Below the pieces are notes generated by a model. The model was not told the DNA's origin, searched no databases, and worked only from the letters and a program-made list of their open reading frames with translations. The position numbers and the translations under genes were made by a program. From Acholeplasmataceae bacterium (GTDB taxonomy: Bacteria; Bacillota_I; Bacilli_A; Acholeplasmatales; Acholeplasmataceae), in the NCBI GenBank assembly GCA_963675245.1, contig OY775910.1, positions 544,001 through 608,000 on the forward strand: a stretch of DNA of 64,000 nucleotides, read 5' to 3'. Positions 28,942 to 38,766 of the stretch are shown in pieces (the first letter of the stretch is position 1; every line of letters starts with the position of its first letter).

Positions 28942-29014
28942 GGATACACCCGAGAGGGTATACAAATTTTTTTCTCTCCTATTAAAAAAGCACTAAGCAG
29001 CAAGTGCTTTTTTT
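28942..29014 (+). ncRNA. Candidate ~70-nt small RNA
   Basis: Follows the consensus promoter; ACCC-GAGA-GGGT hairpin, single-stranded UUUCUCUCCU, ends at the aagcact..agtgctt-T-run terminator. Confidence 0.45.
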
Positions 29015-29417
29015 ATTTATCTTTGAACAATCTCGCGGGGTTTGTAATCGGTAAAATGTAGGGTGGTACATTCGCGTTTGCTGTAAGTGTTGTCACTAAA
29101 GATCTTAAATATGGGAAGAGAATTGCAGTTCCATTAATTTTTGATAAAGAAAGCGCGGGTTCTTGTTCCCACTTCTCTACATTGAAAATACCAGATATTT
29201 GTATATCTAGATAAAAGGGTATATCTTCATTGTAGTCATCGAGAGATATTGCTAATGATAATATGAAACTATCATTGTTTCGTTTTGTGATTTCACGATT
29301 GAAATTTGGTTTGACTTGTACTTTATGATTCGGTTCAATTTTGAATGACTTATTTAAAATAAACGACATCTTATCAACTGTATATCCAACAAGTTTAATT
29401 TGAATTTGTTCAGCCAT
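29013..29417 (-). CDS. SecB-like chaperone
   Basis: PFYLDIQISGIF..NGTAILFPYLRSLVTTLTANANVPPYILP. Confidence 0.85.
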   Translation of the reverse strand: MAEQIQIKLVGYTVDKMSFILNKSFKIEPNHKVQVKPNFNREITKRNNDSFILSLAISLDDYNEDIPFYLDIQISGIFNVEKWEQEPALSLSKINGTAILFPYLRSLVTTLTANANVPPYILPITNPARLFKDK

Positions 29418-29431
29418 ACGTTTCAACTCCC

Positions 29432-31078
29432 CTAAGCATTTTTATGCTTATTTTTATTTTGATACATATCTTTATCTGCTCTAACGATCATGTCATTAAT
29501 GTTTTCATCATCTTCACTATAAATTGATGTTCCCAAAGAAATCCTTAAATCAAATTTGTGATATGAACTTATAGATTTAACATCACTTATTAAACGTTGA
29601 CGGCAACTCAAATATAAATCGTCATCAAGTGACTGAATGATACATGCGAATTCATCACCACCAATGCGGTAGCATTCTCCATATCTTCCAAACGCATCTA
29701 AGATTCTTGAGAACCCTTCTTTTAATGCGAAGTCCCCTTCGACATGTCCATATTGATCATTGATTTGTTTTAAACCATCAAAGTCAAAGAATACCAACCT
29801 TAAATTTTTCTTAGCAAGTTCATTTGAAAAGAAACGCTCAAAGTCTTCTTCATATGCATGTCTATTCTTAGATCCGGTCAATCGATCCATATAGGCAAGT
29901 TTCGCGTAATCTTCAGAAAGATAACTTAATTTTAATCTCGTTTCGATAAATAAAATATAGTCGATAAAAACAACAATCGCTAATAACGCCAAAACCGCTA
30001 AACTATAAATTGCTAAATCATCGTGACTAAATGTTTGTTCATTAATAAATGTGATAAAACCATATAAGAATAAGATACCATAATAACGACTAAATTTTTT
30101 AGCGAGCTCATTATGATTTAATACATCAATGACGATAAATACCAAAATATTAGCCATACCCAACAACTCCATGACAGACACGAATAAAGTAGGTCTCATA
30201 AAATCAATGACACCAAATAACTGCAGGGTTGTTATGACGATAGCTTGGAAACCAAAATACGCGACCAAAGCTAAAGATTCTTTCTCGAATCGTTTTGTAA
30301 TGTTTGATTTATAATACATAATGATTGGAATTGGTATAAGCAAAAATAATGTAAACTGTAACCCACCTAATATATAGGCATTGCTTGTGATGAATTGTAA
30401 AAGTGTTGATCTCGCAATTACCCATAATCCAAAAATAATCGCGAAATACGCTAAATAAAATCTGCCACGTTTACGTTGTTGATCAACAACTTGACTAATC
30501 GCTAAAACAACAATCCCCATAACAATGAATAACATACCAAAACCAAATGATAAGATATGTTGAAAAACAATGTGAAGATAAAGCGAACCAGTTGAGTCTG
30601 ATGATTCATAAATTGGCGAGATTAATCCTGATGATTTTTGATATGGTGAATGAAACGTAATTGACAAGATTTGATCACTATTTATATCATGATCAACAGA
30701 AATGACATGATGAAGATTTGCATAAAACGAATAACTAAAAGGTTGCTGAGTAGCACTATAGATAATGTCAGCATCTAATCGGACAACGATATCTTGATGA
30801 TCTGTAAAAACTAGTAGTGCTTTGATGTCATCAGATGCATCTATCGTTTTGTAAATGGTGAATTCTTGATAAGGTTCAGCAGAAATTCTTGTCGGATATT
30901 CTAATAGTTCAACTTCACTTCCAGAAACTTCCGTCATCCAACCTTCGCTTAATATCACTGAAGGAATATTGAGTTTCGCATCTAACATCGTTCTAAAAAC
31001 AGTCGTTAATAAAACCATGATCATAACGACTGCAGTAGCAACCATATAAGATTTTTTTAGTGCCGAATTTTTAAACAT
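29432..31078 (-). CDS. Membrane-bound GGDEF diguanylate cyclase (extracellular domain plus multi-TM)
   Basis: DRLTGSKNR, DFDGLKQINDQYGHVEGD, RIGGDEF, RADKDMY. Confidence 0.93.
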   Translation of the reverse strand: MFKNSALKKSYMVATAVVMIMVLLTTVFRTMLDAKLNIPSVILSEGWMTEVSGSEVELLEYPTRISAEPYQEFTIYKTIDASDDIKALLVFTDHQDIVVRLDADIIYSATQQPFSYSFYANLHHVISVDHDINSDQILSITFHSPYQKSSGLISPIYESSDSTGSLYLHIVFQHILSFGFGMLFIVMGIVVLAISQVVDQQRKRGRFYLAYFAIIFGLWVIARSTLLQFITSNAYILGGLQFTLFLLIPIPIIMYYKSNITKRFEKESLALVAYFGFQAIVITTLQLFGVIDFMRPTLFVSVMELLGMANILVFIVIDVLNHNELAKKFSRYYGILFLYGFITFINEQTFSHDDLAIYSLAVLALLAIVVFIDYILFIETRLKLSYLSEDYAKLAYMDRLTGSKNRHAYEEDFERFFSNELAKKNLRLVFFDFDGLKQINDQYGHVEGDFALKEGFSRILDAFGRYGECYRIGGDEFACIIQSLDDDLYLSCRQRLISDVKSISSYHKFDLRISLGTSIYSEDDENINDMIVRADKDMYQNKNKHKNA

Positions 31079-31229
31079 ATTTTGTTTCACCAAGTTTGTG
31101 GTAAAAAATCTTATACCCATTATACAATAATTATATTGTGATGCCAATCTTAAAAAGATTAAAAGTCTTGTTTACATTTTGCTTGATTTCTTGTAAAATA
31201 GAGTTAATAATGTGACGGAGGAACTCTAT

Positions 31230-31400
31230 ATGCCAAGAAGAATTACAGATATTTGTATTGCAGATGGCGCTTGTGTACCAGAATGTCCGGTAGACTGCAT
31301 CTCTGAAGGCGAACCAATCTTTGTTATTGATGAAGACATTTGCATTGACTGCGGAGCATGCCAGGATGTTTGTCCGGTAGACGCTATCATTGAAGTATAA
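31230..31400 (+). CDS. Dicluster ferredoxin
   Basis: CIADGACVPECP and CIDCGACQDVCP; GGAGG RBS. Confidence 0.93.
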   Translation: MPRRITDICIADGACVPECPVDCISEGEPIFVIDEDICIDCGACQDVCPVDAIIEV

Positions 31401-31466
31401 GGATTAGAAAAGGATGAAAATCCTTTTCTTTTTATAAAAAATGTCTATCGCACGATAGACTTTTTT

Positions 31467-32276
31467 TTATTGTTTTTTTATGAACTTGATTGCTTCTTCT
31501 GGTAATTTAAAATCCAATATATCTAAATTTTGAGCTTGATGCTTTTTATCATAAGACATCGGAATCACTTGACAACCATTATCTAAGTGATACCTCAGTA
31601 AAACTTGAGCCCAGCTTTTATTAAACGGTTTACCTATGTCGGTAAGCTTCTGTCTAAACATATCATCCACACTTCGTAGTGGACTATATATTTGTGGTAA
31701 TATATCATTTTGTTTACAAAATTCAATTATCTCTTTATTCCAATTTGATGGGTTTGATTTAACTTGATTGACGACAGGTTTAACTTTGGCATTCGCCAAT
31801 AAATAAGTGAGTTCTAGTATCATAAAATTGGATACTCCAATTGACTTTAATTGACCTTTTTGGTGATATTCTTCCATAACACGCCACACACGCAAATTAT
31901 CCTCGTTGGTTTCAAATGGACGATGTATTAAATATAGATCAATGTAATCAGTATTCAAATTTTTAAAACTACTCTCAATACTTTCTCTGATTAAATCTTC
32001 AGTTTTAACGACATTCTCATCCCAGTCAATCTTTGATTCAATATACATATCTTCTCTTTTGATACATTGATTTTTAATCGCTTGTGCGACTAAATATTCA
32101 TTACGGTAAATAATCGCTGTATCAAACATGCGATATCCAACTTCAATTGCCCATTCCATTTCTTTTGAATCGTCAGTTAGTGCCGCATAAAAATCCGCAT
32201 TTAATTTTCCATAACGACTTGTACCACACCCTATTTTAGGTATGACATAATTATTATTTAATTTGAAGTGTTCCAT
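31467..32276 (-). CDS. Aldo/keto reductase
   Basis: GYRMFDTAIIYRNE, DYIDLYLIH, SIGVSNF. Confidence 0.93.
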   Translation of the reverse strand: MEHFKLNNNYVIPKIGCGTSRYGKLNADFYAALTDDSKEMEWAIEVGYRMFDTAIIYRNEYLVAQAIKNQCIKREDMYIESKIDWDENVVKTEDLIRESIESSFKNLNTDYIDLYLIHRPFETNEDNLRVWRVMEEYHQKGQLKSIGVSNFMILELTYLLANAKVKPVVNQVKSNPSNWNKEIIEFCKQNDILPQIYSPLRSVDDMFRQKLTDIGKPFNKSWAQVLLRYHLDNGCQVIPMSYDKKHQAQNLDILDFKLPEEAIKFIKKQ

Positions 32277-32364
32277 AAAATCTCCTCTCCTTTATATCTT
32301 ATATCAAAAAGAGCCTATGCTAAATACATAAGCTCTTTTTATCATTATTTTTACTGTTCAATGA

Positions 32365-33324
32365 TTATCTTTCTTTTATATCGGTTGCTGATTGATGAAT
32401 GACTAATTGTGGGAAAGGAATATTAATGCCGTGTTTATCAAATAAGATTTTCAGTTCTCTATTCATCGCACGACGTACTTCAGGTCTGTGCTTTTCTTGA
32501 ACATATGCTGCGACTCTGACAACAACAGCTGAATCAGCAAGTTCTTCAACACCTTGATATACTGGTCCATCTACAATATTAGGAATAGCTTCTTTGATTT
32601 TCGATAAATTTTCTTTAATAATGCGTTCAACGAATTCAACATCAGCACTATACTCAAAAGAAATATTGGATATAGCGATTGATAACTCATGTGATAGATT
32701 GACGATTTCTCTAATATCTGAATTCGCAATAATCAATACGTTTCCGTTGATGTCTTTTATTCTAGTGTTTTTAGTCCCTATTTCCAAAACGGTTCCTCTA
32801 AAATCATTGACCTCAACAATATCGCCAACAACGAATTGTTTCTGGAAGATAATCGCTAATCCAGCAAACACATCTTCTAATATACCTTGTGCACCAAATG
32901 AAACAGCTAAACCAGCAATACCAGCACCAGCTAATAATGTTGGTGTTTGTACACCCCAAGCAGCTAGAATCAAGAATGCAGCAATCAATATAGTGATGTA
33001 CTTAACAATGTTGGCGAATAACACACCTAGTGTTTCACCACGTCTTCCTTTTCTTGTTAATAATTTCACAAGTAACATGAGCACATAATTTAAAACAAAT
33101 ACAAATAATAAAATTGCTAAACTTTCTAATAAAACGACGTAATTATTTTGAAAGAATCCAATGAGATCAAAGAACTTACCAATGGAATTATCTATGATAC
33201 TTTCAAATTGTGTTCCCTGAAATAATATACTTGCAAAACTTCCCATGAATACAAATGCAGCAATAATAATTAATACAATAATTAATTGAATACTGACTCT
33301 TCTCTTTTCTTTTTGTTCTTCCAT
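32365..33324 (-). CDS. MscS mechanosensitive channel
   Basis: AGAGIAGLAVSFGAQ, FVVGDIV, GINIPFPQ. Confidence 0.93.
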   Translation of the reverse strand: MEEQKEKRRVSIQLIIVLIIIAAFVFMGSFASILFQGTQFESIIDNSIGKFFDLIGFFQNNYVVLLESLAILLFVFVLNYVLMLLVKLLTRKGRRGETLGVLFANIVKYITILIAAFLILAAWGVQTPTLLAGAGIAGLAVSFGAQGILEDVFAGLAIIFQKQFVVGDIVEVNDFRGTVLEIGTKNTRIKDINGNVLIIANSDIREIVNLSHELSIAISNISFEYSADVEFVERIIKENLSKIKEAIPNIVDGPVYQGVEELADSAVVVRVAAYVQEKHRPEVRRAMNRELKILFDKHGINIPFPQLVIHQSATDIKER

Positions 33325-33335
33325 TTTCTCTCTCC

Positions 33336-34643
33336 TTATTCGATAATCTCATCATATATGACATGACGGATTGTAAAGTCTGTTTGATTTTGAACTTCAA
33401 TACTTAATCTATAACTTGTATCAACTGGTATATATACATTAAAGGTTACCGTCTTCTCATCACCATTTAATATGAAATCAGATGATTCACTATTCAACCA
33501 CATTTCTTGACCATCAATGATTTCATATATCTCATAAGATGGTACTTGGAAATAGTGGTTAGGATCTCTAAGTGTGATTGTTATTTCTAAGTAATCATCA
33601 TATGGTGTCACAGAATATGAGATGTTGTAATCTTCAAGTGTTGTTATTTCTTCTTCATAAATCACAGAGCTTTCACGTCTTAATGTAATAGGATTCTTAT
33701 ATGTCGCAATCCCCTCAATACGGTAAGTTTTACCCGAAGACAATCCTGTGATACCAGTAACAATATCATGATAATCATTTTCGCCTATATCGACATCAAC
33801 ACTCTTAATTAATATATTACCTATATACGCATTAAGTTGATAGGCAATTTCTAACTCAGGTTGCATATCCCCATATATTGAGAAATATACAGCATCATCA
33901 TTCATGCGTTCTACATACATCGAACTGTATAACTCGAATGGTGGTGTAACCCAAATGTCATCTAGTAATTCAGCACCATCTGCTGTCATACCTTCTAGAT
34001 AAATATGGAAAGGTTCAGTCGTATAAATATCAAACAATTCAATTTCCTCACGATTAGATGACACACTGACCGCACTATATTGAATCGGTAAATCAGGTTC
34101 CCACTCTACAGCGTAACCATAATATAACGTGACTGATTGATAAATTTGATCTGGGTCGTTAATGCTGACATCAACGACATAAGATGTTTCAAAATCGAGT
34201 TGAACCTTATCAACATTTAGAATCATGCCACCGACTGACGCTCTTGTTCGAACCATCCTACTATCAAGTCGTTCTTGCCCAAAACCTTTACTACCATATA
34301 TGTTTAACCAGTATTCTGTATTCGCTTCTAATTGTTCGAAGTATCCTGAATTTTCACCTAAACTAATTGGAGTTTCATAATATTCAAATTGATTTTCTAG
34401 TGTCACAACAAGTGTCGATAGATCAAGTGCATTATCTTCATCAGTAACTGTGACTTGATACGCTACAAGATCAATTGTAGATTCTATTTTAATAATCTCT
34501 GCTTTAGGTGATGCAGGTATAAAAACAACCGCTGCTACAATAGCGGCGGTTCCTACAACAAAAGAAGACATCAAATTTTTGATGATCTCAAAACGACGAT
34601 TGATTTCTTCTCCCTTTTCTTTTCGTGTACGCTTCTGTGCCAT
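33336..34643 (-). CDS. Membrane-anchored acidic extracellular protein with FN3-like beta domains
   Basis: One N-terminal TM; LEANTEY and ITGLSSGKTY FN3-like motifs. Confidence 0.55.
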   Translation of the reverse strand: MAQKRTRKEKGEEINRRFEIIKNLMSSFVVGTAAIVAAVVFIPASPKAEIIKIESTIDLVAYQVTVTDEDNALDLSTLVVTLENQFEYYETPISLGENSGYFEQLEANTEYWLNIYGSKGFGQERLDSRMVRTRASVGGMILNVDKVQLDFETSYVVDVSINDPDQIYQSVTLYYGYAVEWEPDLPIQYSAVSVSSNREEIELFDIYTTEPFHIYLEGMTADGAELLDDIWVTPPFELYSSMYVERMNDDAVYFSIYGDMQPELEIAYQLNAYIGNILIKSVDVDIGENDYHDIVTGITGLSSGKTYRIEGIATYKNPITLRRESSVIYEEEITTLEDYNISYSVTPYDDYLEITITLRDPNHYFQVPSYEIYEIIDGQEMWLNSESSDFILNGDEKTVTFNVYIPVDTSYRLSIEVQNQTDFTIRHVIYDEIIE

Positions 34644-35503
34644 GACTTGTCCTTATCCCTTAACATCATCATGCCGTATCGTGTTGTTTTTATATTTATT
34701 TCTATTATACGATATGAATGTTATTCTGTCATGTGTTTTTTATAATTATTATCATAAAGAAGAAAATCTTAAAATTATATGCAACATGAATCATAAGAAC
34801 TCACCTGTATTTTAATGAATTACATCTTTAAATTTTCAGGTGATAATGAAAACAGTATTTTATTTTTAAAGTAATCTCATTCTCCAACTATCCTTCAAAA
34901 TATGCAAACAAATCTTAAAATCAGATGCATTGAAGGAATTTGCATAAAAAAAGTTCATGGTATTGAACCACAAACATTTATGATCAAATAATAACCGTTA
35001 ATGGCTTGATAAGAACATTTAACATTATTTAATCTTAAAATCATACTGAATTCATCACTTTTTAAGTTTTTAAGTAGATTTTTTTTCAGATAATACCAAT
35101 TAGCCTTTCAAACTTTCTTTGACGTATATATCAAGTGTTTTGTTTTTAATGGTGAATGACTATGAACGTTTGAAGAGAAATCACACCTCTTGTAAGTGGC
35201 TTTATAGAGAGATTATACAGTATTTATAACGATTGTACTTATATTAACCATGAAATACCTTTATACGAACATGAGAAATCAATTTCAAAAAAATGTACTT
35301 TCATTTTTGCTCATTAAAAAGTGTGAATCAAACATTTTTAAAACATGTAAAAATCACTAAAAAATATTGAAACTCTCGGGTTGACTTATATGTAAAACGA
35401 TATCTAATCAAATCTTGATGCACTAAATATTTTATGGTCAAAAATCAGACTGTGACCAGTCAAATTCATATCTATAAAATTTGAAAGACTTTCTGTAACA
35501 TTT

Positions 35504-36724
35504 TTACAATGTGAGATGATCTGTTTCGACATCCTTAATTTTAGCGATACCCATTAAACTTAAAAATGGAACAACTAATAGTAACGCAGTTACCAAATAC
35601 ATCGATTGAATGTTAGTCAAATAAACTAATGTAACCATTAATGCACCCGAGATTAATTGACCAATTGAATCTAACTGTCCAAACCCACTAAGCACGGTTG
35701 CTTTAATTTTTGATGGTGTATTGATAATAAGAATGGCATTCAAAAGTGGTTCTGCCCCTTCTTTCACAATTGTGAAAAATACGAATCCAAATAACGCGAC
35801 ATACATGAATGGTAAATATGCAAACATTAAAATGCCAATTATCATCATAAACAAAAGATAAGCACTCCAGATTGCTAGATGGTTTTGTTTTTTAACAAAT
35901 TTCTTAATGAATTGTAAAAATATAAAACCTACAATGGCGATAACGCCATTAACGCTCGCTATCATCCAAATCGGTTCCCATCCATTCAATCCTCTAAATC
36001 CGAGATCGTCTAATATGAAAAGTTCATATGTGCGATCGATACCTTCGCTAAATAGTCCAATAAATAACATGACTATAAACATAAGTCTTAATACGTTATG
36101 TTTTTTAACATGTTTGAATCCGTGCGCTAATTGATTAAAGTACTCTTTATAAAATGGTATGTCGTGTGGTTCTTTATGAAAGTGTTCTTCTTTCATTGAT
36201 AACAAACTAAATAGACCTAAAAAGATGAAAATACCACCGGCAACATAAATACCTAACCTAATAGAAAACGTACCAATGAGACCAGCTAACAAAATACCCA
36301 CAAAGGAAAATAACTTATTCATTTGCTGGCCAGTAATCAACGTTTTTTGAACATTAATATTCATTGTTTCATCACTTACCCATGAATCTAATGCACCACT
36401 AATAAATGTATATCCAAAACCCCAAACGATCTGGGCGATAAAAATTATCGCGAAATATGTCGTTAACGCTTCTAAAGCAAACCCTATACCAATAATAAAT
36501 AATCCGATGATCACACTTAATCTTCTACTCTTTAAATCAGCAATAATACCTGTGGGTACTTCAAAAAGTAGAACAGCAATCTCCAAAGCGGTCCCTAACA
36601 AGATCAGTTGATATGCTTCAAGATTTGCGATATCGATGCGATAAAGAACAGATATCGTAAACATCATATGAAACGATAATCCCATAACACTTCTTAAGAT
36701 GTAGTATACTTTTTTAGCATTCAT
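35504..36724 (-). CDS. MFS transporter (TetA(P)-like subfamily)
   Basis: LEIAVLLFEVPTGIIADLKSRRLS, GFGYTFISGALDSW; about 12 TM. Confidence 0.88.
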   Translation of the reverse strand: MNAKKVYYILRSVMGLSFHMMFTISVLYRIDIANLEAYQLILLGTALEIAVLLFEVPTGIIADLKSRRLSVIIGLFIIGIGFALEALTTYFAIIFIAQIVWGFGYTFISGALDSWVSDETMNINVQKTLITGQQMNKLFSFVGILLAGLIGTFSIRLGIYVAGGIFIFLGLFSLLSMKEEHFHKEPHDIPFYKEYFNQLAHGFKHVKKHNVLRLMFIVMLFIGLFSEGIDRTYELFILDDLGFRGLNGWEPIWMIASVNGVIAIVGFIFLQFIKKFVKKQNHLAIWSAYLLFMMIIGILMFAYLPFMYVALFGFVFFTIVKEGAEPLLNAILIINTPSKIKATVLSGFGQLDSIGQLISGALMVTLVYLTNIQSMYLVTALLLVVPFLSLMGIAKIKDVETDHLTL

Positions 36725-36796
36725 TAATCGACCTACTTATATGATATGAATATAGTATATCTTATAACCACATAAAAAAGAAAACGCCAGTTGAAA

Positions 36797-37462
36797 TTAT
36801 CCAACGAGCGCTTTTTTATTTAATTTGCTTGTTCTTGTTCCATCTAACATTTTAATTGTAAATGATTTAGACATGTTTAATAATAAGGTGAAGACAATCA
36901 TCGCGACAATCGTTCCTTCTCTAATGAAATACGCTTCATTAAAAATGAATGACAAGGCGATGGATGATGCGAATAGAATCACATCTAAACCATATCTTGC
37001 TTTTACAAACGATATTGTTTTGTTCTTCTCAAGTTGGTAACATGACGCTTCTACTGGGAAAGTGATGACTTGAAGTACAGTGATGATGCCAATTGATACT
37101 GCTGATATCGAAATGCCTAAGATTAAGAAAACAAATCTTGTCACATAATTCGATACTTCAAATAAACTGAATACATTATAAACCAATAAATTTACGATTA
37201 AACCAAAGATAATAATTGAGATGATTTGAATGATGTATGTATATATATATTTACCTTTAGATAAAAACATAAAGATAAAAACAAATAGGATATTAGTTAT
37301 TGATACGATGGTTCCTACTCTGATGGATGTCACAACAGACACTGAATTTGTAAAAGCGTAGAAAGCATCCATACCTATATTTGCTTTTACGACGAAACTC
37401 GCACCTACTGCAACCATTAAATAAAATAGACTTGATACAATAATTTTGGTTCTTAATTTCAT
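36797..37462 (-). CDS. YczE/YitT-like membrane protein
   Basis: KANIGMDAF, RVGT, IREGTIV. Confidence 0.75.
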   Translation of the reverse strand: MKLRTKIIVSSLFYLMVAVGASFVVKANIGMDAFYAFTNSVSVVTSIRVGTIVSITNILFVFIFMFLSKGKYIYTYIIQIISIIIFGLIVNLLVYNVFSLFEVSNYVTRFVFLILGISISAVSIGIITVLQVITFPVEASCYQLEKNKTISFVKARYGLDVILFASSIALSFIFNEAYFIREGTIVAMIVFTLLLNMSKSFTIKMLDGTRTSKLNKKALVG

Positions 37463-37623
37463 GTGTTATTAATCCTTTATTGTGCCATTGCACAAGCATC
37501 ATTATACACCAATTAAATTCAAGAAATGAATGACTTTGATTATAAATTGATGTGATAATGTTTTCATTTTGAAAAAGAAAGAATCTATACCTCTAAAATG
37601 TGTATAGATTCTATATTATTACA

Positions 37624-38679
37624 TTATTTGTTGTGTTGATTTCTTTCTGTCAATCCTTTTTCAACTAGCGGTTTGACTTGTGAGCCAAACAACTCTATTG
37701 ATTTCATCACGAGTGTATGATCAAGTGGACCCACTGGTGTGTGTATAGCAAATCTATCGACATCTAATATATCAATGAGATTGAGTATTTTGTTTGCGAC
37801 ATATTCAGGATCACCAACATATAGTGCGCCTTCTCTGCTATTGGCACTTTCATAGCTTGATCTTGTATATGCACCCCATCCACGTTCTTTACCAATCATA
37901 TTCATCGCTTTTGCCATGGATGGATAATACTCATCCATTGCCAGTTCATACGTATCAGATACATAACCATGAGAATGAACCGATATGAACATCTTACGTT
38001 CATCATGACCATATTCTCTGTATGTTTTTTTATAAAGATCAACTAAACCTTTAAACATTCTAGGGCTGCCCCCAATAATGGCTAAGAAGAGTGGTAAACC
38101 ATATCGTCCGGCACGTATAACAGATTCAGGTGTCCCTCCAACCGCGACACTAATCGCTAAGTTGTTTGTTCTAGGATATACCCCTAAATGATTGATTGAA
38201 GCTCTATGTTTGCCTGTGAATTCAACGAATTCGTTATCTCTAATCTTAACGAGCAAATCTAATTTTTCATTAAATAGTTCATTATAATCGTGAAGACTAT
38301 ATCCAAACAATGGAAACGATTCAATGAATGATCCTCTACCCACCATGATCTCTGCTCTTCCGTTTGATAGTGCATTAAGGGTTGCGAAGTTTTGATAAAC
38401 TCTCACTGGATCTTCACTCGATAATACTGTGACGGCACTACCAAGTTTGATGTGCTTCGTCATTGGTGCAGCTGCAGCCAATATCATATGTGGTGCTGAA
38501 GCGGCATATTCAACTCTGTGGTGTTCACCAACACCAAAATAATCTAAACCTAAATCATCGGCTAATTTAATTTCATCAACGACTTGTCTTATACGTTCAT
38601 CATAAGCGACTGTTTGATGTGTTTCTGGGTTCTCCATCACTTCTGCAAATGTTGTGATACCCAATTCTATTTTTCTCAT
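37624..38679 (-). CDS. LLM class flavin-dependent oxidoreductase
   Basis: GVGEHHR, SAVTVLSSEDPVRV, GRGSFIESFPLFG. Confidence 0.93.
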   Translation of the reverse strand: MRKIELGITTFAEVMENPETHQTVAYDERIRQVVDEIKLADDLGLDYFGVGEHHRVEYAASAPHMILAAAAPMTKHIKLGSAVTVLSSEDPVRVYQNFATLNALSNGRAEIMVGRGSFIESFPLFGYSLHDYNELFNEKLDLLVKIRDNEFVEFTGKHRASINHLGVYPRTNNLAISVAVGGTPESVIRAGRYGLPLFLAIIGGSPRMFKGLVDLYKKTYREYGHDERKMFISVHSHGYVSDTYELAMDEYYPSMAKAMNMIGKERGWGAYTRSSYESANSREGALYVGDPEYVANKILNLIDILDVDRFAIHTPVGPLDHTLVMKSIELFGSQVKPLVEKGLTERNQHNK

Positions 38680-38766
38680 TTATACCACCTGATTTTCTCT
38701 TGATTGCTTTAATCGCGTATATTCTATATCAGTGTGATACTTTAATCAAATGAAGCGCTTGGTAGT

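Noticed and set aside
34891..34946. H-type pseudoknot from two interleaved 8-bp inverted repeats
   Set aside because: The 2-nt and 1-nt connecting loops are too short for both 8-bp stems to form together; at most alternative pairings.
35504..36724. Calling the MFS gene a tetracycline resistance gene
   Set aside because: Subfamily resemblance only; substrate cannot be inferred and there is no tetB(P) or mobile context.
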